Virus record (IMG/VR): IMGVR_UViG_3300035703_000020
Span: 32,001 to 96,000 of that record
Strand: one strand, 5' to 3'
DNA length: 64,000 nucleotides
DNA from: a virus
The position numbers and the translations under genes are program-made. The notes below the pieces were generated by a model. That model worked only from the letters and a program-made list of their open reading frames with translations. It searched no databases and was not told the DNA's origin. The number at the start of each line of letters is the position of its first letter. The stretch's first letter is position 1. Positions 26,901 to 35,408 of the stretch are shown piece by piece.

Positions 26901-27827
26901 CTGTACGGCGCCCAGATCCTCAACGAGTTCCTGGAGCCCTCCGGCGACGTCCCCTCCACCCTGTGGAACTGGGAGTGCGTCAGCTCCGCCGACCTGATCG
27001 GCGAGGCCCTGCGCGGCGTGAACAACGGCGGCATCCCCCAGGTGAAGACCCTCGAGGTCGGCATGGACAACCACAGCCGCCTCTTCGCGGAGTCCCAGTC
27101 GTACTTCACGACCCAGGGCTTCCTCGCCTACTACGCCCCGTACATCAAGAACGACGTCGAGTACTTCATCGCGCCGTCCTCGTTCGCGGCAGGCCTGGCG
27201 ATCCGCCGCTACCGCGACTCCGCCGCCGGCTTCCGCCTGCCGCCCGCAGGCGTCAAGTACAGCCTGGCCGGCGCCCGCGGGTGCCAGATCCAGATCACCA
27301 GCGCCCAGCAGGAGGTCAGCAACCCCGCCGGCATGAACAGCCTGCGGCAGCTGCCCGGCTACAGCACCATCGACCCCGACACCGGCGAGATCTTCGGTCC
27401 CGTCTTCGTCTGGGGCAGCCGCACCCGCGTGAACCGCGGCAACGCGACCCAGGCGCTGTACCAGTTCGTGAACACCCGCGTGATCATGAACGTCATCTAC
27501 CACACGCTGAAGCAGGCCTTCGACGGCCAGATCTTCAACGTGATCGACGGCCAGGCCGTGACGTTCAACCAGATCCGCGCCATCGCGTCGAACACTCTGT
27601 ACGAGCAGTTCTACGTCCCCGGCGCGCTGTTCGGCGCGACGCCGGCAGACGCCTTCCAGGTGATCTGCGACGACCGGAACAACCCCCCGGGCAACCTCGA
27701 CAACGGCTTCGTGAACGTGAAGATCTACGTGGTCCCCGTTCCGACGCTCGAGCGCATCGAGATCGACCTGGTCCGCGTCGGCATCGGCAGCATCCCAGAG
27801 GTGCTGTCCCAGGACGGCTTCGCCTGA
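23913..27827 (+). CDS. contractile tail sheath protein with inserted beta-domains (1304 aa)
   Basis: N-terminal PGTFIYE; C-terminal VWGSRT, FVNTRVI, FQVICDDRNN, VPVPTLERIEI. Confidence 0.9.
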   Translation: MATITLGGARGGTPGTFIYEAARATRTAAASFSTVYMLVDAPEAASVIRFPYNRPVFVSSLNEYENLIGSLPTSGPELDSYFAVKAFFQQCTIGDLRVTRVGTPTNIVRIGFDPSANKDNGASAPSSLKRGDKVFIKLEINGIQLGAKTPAGAWLGVEVTIPVDYIAGDEANNLKIANEIRDEVANAIRANADINAGAYIRVEDSVGEIAYFDITGRVFNAPVEVVNSNDITGNQYILSAAGYAIAQVTEANETVFDWIQTVRCAFNDPQLPAGYMIAPAAFKQFKKTQRVNLGQSMEEVCSDFLHKWMALVDCGPFDVTSINEYKEFVPHDPANGFGVDEEVLVDNGIYLWTDTSPLRFTAANYEANNPAACANSLYSAGQRVGLKDDQQILVSVAANTTTDVITLAEDWPVDALGTGTAIVFELGDNPGNSPTPPLYTDVNTGVTNEELLGGGFFVIANDVDTSLDINQIRVATSRTRAFSNEAVNIVTAGTPQGGVMLNVTYSDPAWKFEVEIKGKISDLVEAANGADPASFNTLHIPATFQDPTQTFEYKAITRQITDPSQAIATGGLKLLYFNAGDVNVGADQILVPAHGFSTGDAVHVSAIPSAIAPGGLTSGNQYFVIVVDDNTIQLANSLANANAGTQVILGDAGTDSGTILNPLGAPAQSIITIGGDCMLMIADHGLQTADKVFFDGDILSGTPDFIFRGTTDTATTVYFVDRVDRNIIRLARSSSDLASGAFVDFPTSGIATTTSTRIYKKLSYAVSGGGFTDAGVQRFIRGRKYQMDVNLAVYGVRDEANVQIVNGQTDPYGVLYTADISTDIRLSYAEVPGTIDVYSVAAADVDASGDELTVTNHGYVTGTEVVVNTAALATLAAGLTDSVRYFVINTGTNTFQLAETAANAALGVPVDITTAGVDNAAGVEFTVTAASNPFTFAYTEDAIANPLNAAMDFAGDENFYCVPLSDGGDLYGDELTNTIPEVFIHTVLQVGTTFTPLYGAQILNEFLEPSGDVPSTLWNWECVSSADLIGEALRGVNNGGIPQVKTLEVGMDNHSRLFAESQSYFTTQGFLAYYAPYIKNDVEYFIAPSSFAAGLAIRRYRDSAAGFRLPPAGVKYSLAGARGCQIQITSAQQEVSNPAGMNSLRQLPGYSTIDPDTGEIFGPVFVWGSRTRVNRGNATQALYQFVNTRVIMNVIYHTLKQAFDGQIFNVIDGQAVTFNQIRAIASNTLYEQFYVPGALFGATPADAFQVICDDRNNPPGNLDNGFVNVKIYVVPVPTLERIEIDLVRVGIGSIPEVLSQDGFA

Positions 27828-27845
27828 TCCTGAACGGGGGTCCGC

Positions 27846-28139
27846 ATGCCGAAGGAAGTCATCTCTTTCGAGGTCGATGCGGACCTCCGCCAATCGCTGG
27901 TGGAGGAGGCGCGCGAGCGCGACGTCCAGTTCGAGGACCTGTGCCACGCCCTCCTCTCCGTCGCCCTGTCCGACCACGGTCGGGCGGGGGTTAAAGATCG
28001 GGAGCCGAAGCTCCTGTCGTACGCGCCGCTCACCCTCCTGCGGGACGAGATCCGCCGCGTCGAGTTGGAAAAGCCAGACGGCTGGAAGTCGACACTGGCA
28101 CACCTCAATATGGAAGTCTCGAAGAGGTTCAGGGTCTGA
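27846..28139 (+). CDS. small ribbon-helix-helix-like protein
   Basis: VISFEVDADLRQSLVEEARER. Confidence 0.5.
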   Translation: MPKEVISFEVDADLRQSLVEEARERDVQFEDLCHALLSVALSDHGRAGVKDREPKLLSYAPLTLLRDEIRRVELEKPDGWKSTLAHLNMEVSKRFRV

Positions 28140-28492
28140 TGGCGTTCATCCGCGGGCTCACGTATCCGCTGCAGGTTGCGAACGGGCAGCTGGTGCTGAG
28201 CGAGGATAACGACCTCATCGCGCAGCACATCTACTCCGTCCTCGAGACGCGCCCGTACGAGCGCGTGATGCGGGCCGACTACGGCCTGCAGGACCGCACC
28301 TTCGAGACGATGGACCCGACCGCCATCAACGCGAAGATCACCGCCGCGATCAACGACGCCGTCACCGGCATCCAGAACCTGCGCGTCAGCGGATCGTGGC
28401 AGAAGGGGGACTCCGGGCAGTACAAGGTAAGAATAACGTATGACGTCAATGGCGTGCCGCAGCCGCCGCTATCGCTGAGCCTGGTGATCTGA
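28139..28492 (+). CDS. baseplate wedge gp25/GPW-like
   Basis: GLTYPL, LETRPYERVMRADYG. Confidence 0.85.
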   Translation: MAFIRGLTYPLQVANGQLVLSEDNDLIAQHIYSVLETRPYERVMRADYGLQDRTFETMDPTAINAKITAAINDAVTGIQNLRVSGSWQKGDSGQYKVRITYDVNGVPQPPLSLSLVI

Positions 28493-29892
28493 TGGCCAAG
28501 AGATTCGCAATACCGGCCGTGCCCAAGGGCGAGGTCGCCCAGTACACGACCGACCCGTACCTCTGGCCCATCTCGTACGGGCACCTGCCGGTCGAGGGGA
28601 ACTACGGGACGCTCGTGCGCCCGCAGGACGACCTCCTCATGCAGAAGGGGGGCGCCCAGGCCCTCAACATCTACCAGCGGCTGCTGTTCGACTCGAACGT
28701 CCAGGCGGCGTGGCTTAAGGTCACCCAGGAGATCACGTCGCGCGACCTGCTGGTCGAGGCAGCCTCGGAGCTGCCCGGCGACATGGCCGTCAAGGAGTTC
28801 GTCGAGGAGCAGCTGAAGGACCTCGCGATGGACGAGATCTTCCGCGGGCTGCTCGAGGCCTACATCACGGGCTTCTCGGTCGGCGAGGTCATGTGGCGCC
28901 GGACCACCTCGGGCATTAAGGCATTCGACGTGCGCATGCGCGACATCCGCCGCTTCCGCTTCGAGGAGAACGAGGACGCCGACATGGGCTTCTCGATGCG
29001 GATGGTGACCCGCAAGGACATGTACCTCGGCGACGAGCTGCCCGCGCGCAAGTTTGTCACCTTCCGCTACTGGGCGCAGGCCAATGGCGACCCGTACGGC
29101 TGCGGCCTCGGGCGCATCCTCTACCCGCTGGTGAAGTTCAAGCGCCGCGCCCTGGAGTCGCAGCTGCTGTACTCCGACCGCTTCGCCAACCCCACCGCCG
29201 TCGCCACGGCCCCGCTCTCCGCCACGACGCAGGAGATCGACACGCTGTACAACCACCTGTCCAACCTGTCCCAGGAGACCGCGCTGGTACTGCCCGAGGG
29301 CTATCAGCTCGAGTTCATCAACCCCTCGGGCTCGCCCGACACCTTCACGACGATCCGCGACTCCATCATCAAGGAGATCAACGTCCTGGTCACGGGCGAG
29401 GACGAGACGGGCAACGCCGACGCCGGCTCGAGGGCGTCGTCCGAGGTCGCCCTGCAGGTGCGCGAGGTGCGGGCCAAGGAGCTGTCCGAGCTTGTCTGCG
29501 AGACGCTCAACGAGTCGCTGGTCCGCTGGATCGTCGACCTCAACTACGGCACCAGCGTGGTCGCCCCCAAGATCCGCCGCGACTTCAAGCTGGAGGAGGG
29601 CAGCAAGCTGACGATGACGGACGTCGGCACGATGATCGAGAAGGTCGGGTTCCGCCCGACGCGCGACTGGATCCAGGACACCTACAAAGTCGAGCTGGAG
29701 GAGCCCGAGGAGACCGAGGCCCCGCCGGCAGTGGAGCAGGCCGCCCCGGAAATTCCCGCGGAGGCGGGCCCGATGCAGGAGGGCCAGCCGGCCCCCGAGA
29801 TCCCGGCCGGGCAGGCGCCCGAGGCTGGCACCGAGAGCGTGTCCGACGATGAGCTCGACGCGCTGATCGACGAGGTGCTAGGCCTGCAGTAG
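28492..29892 (+). CDS. portal protein (Mu gp29/DUF935-like)
   Basis: GFSVGEVMW, PYGCGLGRILY, RFANPTAV, GSRASSEV, LVRWIVDLNY. Confidence 0.85.
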   Translation: MAKRFAIPAVPKGEVAQYTTDPYLWPISYGHLPVEGNYGTLVRPQDDLLMQKGGAQALNIYQRLLFDSNVQAAWLKVTQEITSRDLLVEAASELPGDMAVKEFVEEQLKDLAMDEIFRGLLEAYITGFSVGEVMWRRTTSGIKAFDVRMRDIRRFRFEENEDADMGFSMRMVTRKDMYLGDELPARKFVTFRYWAQANGDPYGCGLGRILYPLVKFKRRALESQLLYSDRFANPTAVATAPLSATTQEIDTLYNHLSNLSQETALVLPEGYQLEFINPSGSPDTFTTIRDSIIKEINVLVTGEDETGNADAGSRASSEVALQVREVRAKELSELVCETLNESLVRWIVDLNYGTSVVAPKIRRDFKLEEGSKLTMTDVGTMIEKVGFRPTRDWIQDTYKVELEEPEETEAPPAVEQAAPEIPAEAGPMQEGQPAPEIPAGQAPEAGTESVSDDELDALIDEVLGLQ

Positions 29893-29934
29893 TGCGGGTA
29901 AAACGTTACGAGGCTGTCCCCAGCCGAGACTGAG

Positions 29935-32049
29935 ATGATCAAAGAAGTCAACATCTTCAAGGCCGGGACGCAGACCTCGGCCCAGGGGATCACCAGGGAG
30001 TTCACCAAGAGCGACCTGAAGCAGATCGCCGACTCCTACACACCCGACGTCCACGAGGCCCCGATCCGAATCGGGCACGAGGACAACGACAAGGTGCCAG
30101 CGTGGGGCTGGGTTAAAGGTGTCAAGGTGCGGGGCGACGAGCTCTTCGCCGAGATCGAGTTCTCCCCGCTCGCCGAGGAGTACATCAAGAACGGGCTGTA
30201 CAAGAAGGTCAGCGCGTCGTTCTACTCCCCAGACTCTAAAATCAACCCCGAGCCGGGCAAGTGGTCCCTGCGCCACGTGGCGCTCCTGGGAGCCCAGCCC
30301 CCGGCCGTAAAGGGCCTCAAGGGCTTCGCGTACGAGGAGGGTGCCGACGGCGTCCTCGACTTCGCTGTCGCGACGCTCTCGCCCGAAGCCGTGTTCGACG
30401 ACGAGCTCGGACCAACACTCAAGCGGGACGTGGGACCGCTGGAGATCCTTAAAGAAAAACTCGACGAGGCCCGTTCACAAATGACAGCCGAACAGCAAGC
30501 AGCCGCGCCGGAGCAGGAGCTCGAGGCGCAGACCCAACCCGAAGAGGTGACCGCCAAGGAGGAATTCGGCGAGAAGCCCGCCTTCCTGTCGAAGGGCAAG
30601 AAGGTCAAGGGCGAAAAGATGGGCGAGGAGGAGGAGTCCGACGAGGAGGAGGAGGACGACACCATGATGGCGGCCGAGATGGCCGACAGCAAGCTCCCCG
30701 ACGCCCTCAAGAAGAACGCCGCCAAGAAGATGGCCAAAAAGCGCGGGATCTCCGAGGAGGAGGCCATGGAGGAGAAGTCCGACTACGGGTCCTGCGGCAA
30801 GAAGGGCATGAGTTACGAGGAGTCAGACTCCGAGGAGCACGGCGAGTCCGAGGCGATGCACGACGGCAAGGTCAAGGGCCTGAAGGCCCCGGCCGCCAAG
30901 GGCATGTCCGGCATGTCCCCCGAGGAGGTGGACGGCGAGGGCCCCGTGGCCTCGAAGGTCAAGAAGAACGCCAAGTCCGGCGCCTGCGACCCCGAGTGCG
31001 AAGACGACGACAAGAAGTTCGAGGAGCCCACGATGGAGGCCTCCAAGCAGAAGCGCGGCACCGACGGCCTTAACAGCACCGGCGCCGGCGTCAAGGAGAC
31101 CGAGGGCGGCCCGGGCGGCCTGGTCCGCACCCGCTCCACCTCCAAGGGCGTCAACCTCGGCTTCGAGGAGGCCGACGAGCTCGAGGACGACGACGAGCAG
31201 CACGTCGAGACCGACGACAACAACTACGTCGGCAAGACCACCAAGCCCAAGCACGGCCACGACGGCAAGTCCGGCCGCAAGTCCAGCCCCTTCAACGACC
31301 AGTCCGGCCGTGGTGAGGTCGGCAAGGCCGGCGCCGACGGCGAGACCGGCCGCGGCAAGACCGGCAAGGCGCCCGAGATCAACGGCTACCCCGGCGCCAA
31401 GGGCGACGCCAGCAAGGTGGGCAAGGACGACGAGGACATGGAGGAGAACTACCACGGCAAGACCGGGAAGTCCTCCGCCCAGGACGCCGATCGCAAGAAG
31501 GTCGGTAAGCACGGGGACTCCAAGGGCTACCCCGAGAAGTACATGACCACCGGTCACGGCGGCGGCAGCGGCAAGCAGATCAAGGGCGGCAAGGTCCGCG
31601 TCATGGAGGTCAACCACTCCGAGGCCGATGACCGTCTCGGTCAGATGCTCGCCCGACTGGAGGAGCTCGAGGCCGCCAACGCCCGCCTCCGCGAGCAGGC
31701 CGAGTTCGCCGAGCGCCAGGCCAACCGCATGCGCCTGGAGCAGTTTGCCGAGGGTCTCTACGAGGCCGGCAAGCTGACCGAGGCCGTCGTCGGCATGGAC
31801 GAGCTCGTGGACTACATGGAGGGCCTCGAGCACGGCACCCTCGAGTTCGCCGAGGGCGAGAGCGCGGCCACGCCCCTGATCAAGATCCTGAGCAACCTGC
31901 CCTCGCAGGTCTGCTTCGAGGAGCTTGCCGGCGGTGAGGTCGTCGTGTCCGACGAGGCGCTCGACCCGCACGAGAGGGCGCTCAAGATGTCCAAGGAGCA
32001 GGACATCAGCTACACCGAGGCGCTGAAGCAGGTCCTCTACACGGCCTGA
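29935..32049 (+). CDS. prohead protease/scaffold (Mu gpI/Z-like) with long charged low-complexity insert
   Basis: IFKAG, APIRIGH, AWGWV, YKKVSASFY, LRHVALLGAQPPAVKGL; C-terminal ISYTEAL. Confidence 0.85.
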   Translation: MIKEVNIFKAGTQTSAQGITREFTKSDLKQIADSYTPDVHEAPIRIGHEDNDKVPAWGWVKGVKVRGDELFAEIEFSPLAEEYIKNGLYKKVSASFYSPDSKINPEPGKWSLRHVALLGAQPPAVKGLKGFAYEEGADGVLDFAVATLSPEAVFDDELGPTLKRDVGPLEILKEKLDEARSQMTAEQQAAAPEQELEAQTQPEEVTAKEEFGEKPAFLSKGKKVKGEKMGEEEESDEEEEDDTMMAAEMADSKLPDALKKNAAKKMAKKRGISEEEAMEEKSDYGSCGKKGMSYEESDSEEHGESEAMHDGKVKGLKAPAAKGMSGMSPEEVDGEGPVASKVKKNAKSGACDPECEDDDKKFEEPTMEASKQKRGTDGLNSTGAGVKETEGGPGGLVRTRSTSKGVNLGFEEADELEDDDEQHVETDDNNYVGKTTKPKHGHDGKSGRKSSPFNDQSGRGEVGKAGADGETGRGKTGKAPEINGYPGAKGDASKVGKDDEDMEENYHGKTGKSSAQDADRKKVGKHGDSKGYPEKYMTTGHGGGSGKQIKGGKVRVMEVNHSEADDRLGQMLARLEELEAANARLREQAEFAERQANRMRLEQFAEGLYEAGKLTEAVVGMDELVDYMEGLEHGTLEFAEGESAATPLIKILSNLPSQVCFEELAGGEVVVSDEALDPHERALKMSKEQDISYTEALKQVLYTA

Positions 32050-32053
32050 CCAG

Positions 32054-32773
32054 ATGGAGCTCCTGACATTCGTTGGTCAGGCGGCCAGGCGCAAGGGCGA
32101 CTACGTTGATCGCGCCGAGGGCCTGGCCGAGTCCGCTGGATCGCTCGAGAAGCTCGAGGAGGAGATGAACGGGAGGGCCGACGCGCTCTCCCGCAAGCTC
32201 GCCCTCGGCAAGATCACGCTCTCGGAGTTCCAGAGGGCCGCCGCGGAGGACACGCTCGTCAGCTCGCTCGCCGCCGTGCAGCTCGGCTACGGGCGCAAGT
32301 CCGGGCTCACCGACTCGGCCTACGCCGAGACGATGGGCGCCATGCAGTACCTGTGGCGGTTCTTCGAGGACATTAAAAGGGCGCTCGCGGAGGGTAAAAT
32401 CGAGTACGGCTCGGTCGGGCAAGACTTTGCTGACGCCGAGGAGACAGAGGACAGCATCCTCGACGAGATACCCGAGTCCGCGCTATCGCCCAAGCCAGGC
32501 GCCTCCATCCCGGCAACGTGGGGAGGGGTCAGGGAGCGCGTGAAACGCTACCTGGTCACGCCGGCCTACCGCTGGCACAACGCCGGCCGCATGGCCCGCC
32601 GGCAGGAGCTGGGCGCCAAGGAGATGCGCCGTGTGGCCCGCCGCGACAAGCGGACGTGCCGCGACTGCCTCGACTACGACGCCTCGGGGTGGCAGCCCAT
32701 AGGAAGCCTGCCCGTCCCCGGCACCCGCTGCAGATGCCACGACCGCTGCAGGTGCGTCCTAGAGTTCCGCTAG
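32054..32773 (+). CDS. head morphogenesis protein (Mu gpF/SPP1 gp7-like)
   Basis: C-terminal DKRTCRDC...PG..CRCHDRCRC. Confidence 0.65.
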   Translation: MELLTFVGQAARRKGDYVDRAEGLAESAGSLEKLEEEMNGRADALSRKLALGKITLSEFQRAAAEDTLVSSLAAVQLGYGRKSGLTDSAYAETMGAMQYLWRFFEDIKRALAEGKIEYGSVGQDFADAEETEDSILDEIPESALSPKPGASIPATWGGVRERVKRYLVTPAYRWHNAGRMARRQELGAKEMRRVARRDKRTCRDCLDYDASGWQPIGSLPVPGTRCRCHDRCRCVLEFR

Positions 32774-32838
32774 CGGGTAAATCGTAACAAAGAGAACCCC
32801 TCACGGGGCCAGATTGAAACCCATTCGCCAAGTATAAA

Positions 32839-33279
32839 ATGGCTTCTCCCGTCTACGGCAAGCAGTACATCCGCTTTGCCGAAACCTTCCAGGTCGCCCA
32901 GGGCACCGTCGTCAACGAGTTCCGCGTGGTCGGCCTGACCGGCGCCCCCGGCGCTCACCCTCCCCTGCTCGTCGAGCAGTCCGGCGGCGGTGAGGCCGTC
33001 GGCGTGGCCCAGTACACCCTGAACGACAACGTGCCCCCGACCGGCTTCGCAACCGACGAGGTGCGCATGCTGACCGTGGCCACCAGCGGCCTGCTGCTGG
33101 TCGCCGGCGACGGCACCAACGTGGCCGGCGACATCGGCCAGCCCCTCGAGGTGGACGCCGACGGCCAGGCTACCCTGACCGGCTCCGGCAGCGGCGTGCT
33201 GATGAACGGCACCACCCCCATCGTTCGCGACGTGATCGCGATCGGCGGCGAGGCCTTCGTGCTCGCAAGCTTCAACTGA
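32839..33279 (+). CDS. head decoration/cement protein
   Basis: Small Gly/Val-rich gene directly before the major capsid gene. Confidence 0.65.
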   Translation: MASPVYGKQYIRFAETFQVAQGTVVNEFRVVGLTGAPGAHPPLLVEQSGGGEAVGVAQYTLNDNVPPTGFATDEVRMLTVATSGLLLVAGDGTNVAGDIGQPLEVDADGQATLTGSGSGVLMNGTTPIVRDVIAIGGEAFVLASFN

Positions 33280-33370
33280 TCATAGCTGATCCTGTCCTGG
33301 CCTTGGCTTCGGTCGCACCGTGTAAGCCCAAGGCCGTCTCTAACCTTCTGCAGAAGGAGACTTAAAGTCA

Positions 33371-34426
33371 ATGATGAATCTTCGTGACACCTACGGTGGT
33401 GTCGACCCTATTCTGACTACGCTGGCGCAGGGCTTCATGCTGCCCGAGACCAGCATCGCCAACTTCATCGCTCCCGTGGTGGACACCCCCACCCGGGCCG
33501 GTAAGATCCTGCGCTTCGGCAAGGAAGCCTTCGCGATCCAGGACTACCGCCGCGCCTACGGCACCAACATCCCCGCCGTCCAGAGCCGCTTCGACACCGA
33601 CGCGTACGCCCTGGAGCAGGAAGTGATCGCTTGGGAACTGCCCGAGGAAGTGATCGAGAACGCTGGTGAGGGCCCTGCTCAGGTCGACCTGCGCGCCATC
33701 GAGACGCGCAACGCCATGAGCCGCCTCATGAACAGCTACGAGGTGACCGTGGCCAGCGCCGTGGCTACCACCGGCAACTACGAGCCCGGCGTGATCGCTC
33801 CCGGCGGCACCCTGGGCCTCGGCTACGCCGACTGGACCACCTACGCCGCTGACGCGACCGCGATCGGCATCAACAATGGCGGCAACCCCTGGGGCACCGG
33901 CGTCAACAACCCGATTGTCGACGTCCTGAACTGGAAGCGCGCCGTCTCCAACCAGATCGGCATCCGCCCCAACAGCGCTGTGATCGGCACCGCTGTGTTC
34001 GACAGCCTGCTGACCAACGCCGCGATCCTGGACCGCATCCAGTTCACCACGGCTGACAGCATCGACGTCGACGTGCTGGCCCGCTACTTCGGCCTCGAGC
34101 GCGGCATCCGCGTCGCCGAGGGTCGTCGCCTGGCCGATGACGGCACGCTGACCCCCGTGTTCCCCGAGAACGCCGTCCTGCTGTTCTACAGCCCGCTGGC
34201 CGCGTCCGAGTCCGTGATGCCCGCCGGCGGTGCCAACGCCGCCACCCCCGCCTTCGCGTACACGTACCAGCTGACCGGCACCCCAGCCGTCCGCCCCGAG
34301 TACTACATCCGCGAGCGTCGCGTGGTGCGCGCTGAGATCACTGTCGAGCGCGCGGTGAACATCACCGGCCTCGGTGCAACTGGTGCCTTCGGTTCTGGCT
34401 TCTACATCGACGACGTGTTCGCCTGA
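33371..34426 (+). CDS. major capsid protein
   Basis: VDPILTTLAQGF, IGIRPNSAVIG; strongly biased codons; position in the head module. Confidence 0.85.
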   Translation: MMNLRDTYGGVDPILTTLAQGFMLPETSIANFIAPVVDTPTRAGKILRFGKEAFAIQDYRRAYGTNIPAVQSRFDTDAYALEQEVIAWELPEEVIENAGEGPAQVDLRAIETRNAMSRLMNSYEVTVASAVATTGNYEPGVIAPGGTLGLGYADWTTYAADATAIGINNGGNPWGTGVNNPIVDVLNWKRAVSNQIGIRPNSAVIGTAVFDSLLTNAAILDRIQFTTADSIDVDVLARYFGLERGIRVAEGRRLADDGTLTPVFPENAVLLFYSPLAASESVMPAGGANAATPAFAYTYQLTGTPAVRPEYYIRERRVVRAEITVERAVNITGLGATGAFGSGFYIDDVFA

Positions 34427-34461
34427 TCCTTCTTTACTCTCACCCCTAAAGGAGGATCCCG

Positions 34462-34884
34462 ATGCCCATTCTAGTACCCATTCCGAAGTCCGCCTTTATC
34501 GTCACCATCTCCGGGATGGAGACGATCTGGACGACCTTCTCCGGGATCTCGGATACCGCTGAGAGCGGTCAGTACGCCAACGCAACCGGCAATCGGATCT
34601 ACAAAGTTGTCGGGCCGCGGTCCGTCGACGATGTGACCCTCTCGGCCCCATACGATCCCGCCCTCGCGTCTGCCATCGAGCAGATCTGGCTCAACTACAA
34701 CTGTGAGTTCCTCACGATCACGGTCCAGCCCACGACCTGTAACGGCACCTCCAACAACGGTTCCGCCTACACGCTCAACGGCGTCCAGCTCCAGCAGCTG
34801 ACCGTGGCCGAGATGGACCGCGAGTCAGGCGACGTGGGCACCATCGAACTGGTGTTCACCGTCAACTCCTGGACCCGCGCCTGA
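34462..34884 (+). CDS. tail tube protein
   Basis: 140-aa beta-rich protein (TFSGI, DVTLSAPYD, EMDRESGDVGTIELVF); AAGGAGG RBS. Confidence 0.75.
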   Translation: MPILVPIPKSAFIVTISGMETIWTTFSGISDTAESGQYANATGNRIYKVVGPRSVDDVTLSAPYDPALASAIEQIWLNYNCEFLTITVQPTTCNGTSNNGSAYTLNGVQLQQLTVAEMDRESGDVGTIELVFTVNSWTRA

Positions 34885-34907
34885 TCGACCGAGATCAACG
34901 CCCAGAC

Positions 34908-34932
34908 GGCCCCGCTCCGGCGGGGCCTTTTT
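34908..34932 (+). terminator. rho-independent terminator
   Basis: GGCCCCGC-TCCG-GCGGGGCC-TTTTT. Confidence 0.88.
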
Positions 34933-34975
34933 AGTTTCCGGGGTAAGACACCCCGAGAACACCTACACGCTAGGC

Positions 34976-35407
34976 ATGGCCAAAACCCTTTTCGGGCCTG
35001 GTGTCATCGTCACCTCCCAGTGGCTGAACGGCGCGCGCGACATCAAGTTCGACGGAGCCGACCTCGACTGGCACTACCCGCCGCTCAACGCGAGCGACAT
35101 CCAGCGCGGCGGCGAGGGCGGCCTGGACAACGTCTACGTCACGCTCAACACCGACCAGACGTACGGCTCGACCCCCGTCGTCGGCCCGAAGAGCTTCATG
35201 GGGCCGGTCGCGTTCGGCGATCAGGCCAACACGAACCCCAACTACGCGCCGCTCTCCTGGAACACGAACGCCAAGTTCAACCAGGGCGGCACGGAGCAGA
35301 ATTTCACGACCAAGTTCTCTCAGCTGACGGACGCCGACGTCGTCACGAAGGCCGTCCTGACCGAGCGCATCGCCAACTTCCCGATCATCGACGAAGGCTC
35401 CTTCTGA
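34976..35407 (+). CDS. virion structural protein ending IIDEGSF
   Basis: GGGTAAG at 34941; baseplate context. Confidence 0.65.
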   Translation: MAKTLFGPGVIVTSQWLNGARDIKFDGADLDWHYPPLNASDIQRGGEGGLDNVYVTLNTDQTYGSTPVVGPKSFMGPVAFGDQANTNPNYAPLSWNTNAKFNQGGTEQNFTTKFSQLTDADVVTKAVLTERIANFPIIDEGSF

Positions 35408-35408
35408 C

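Noticed and set aside
23295-28103. 1602-aa minus-strand ORF, and other long antisense or alternative-frame ORFs (e.g. 17145-18815, 49646-51445)
   Set aside because: Shadows of GC3-biased + strand genes, with no recognisable motifs and complete overlap with well-supported CDSs
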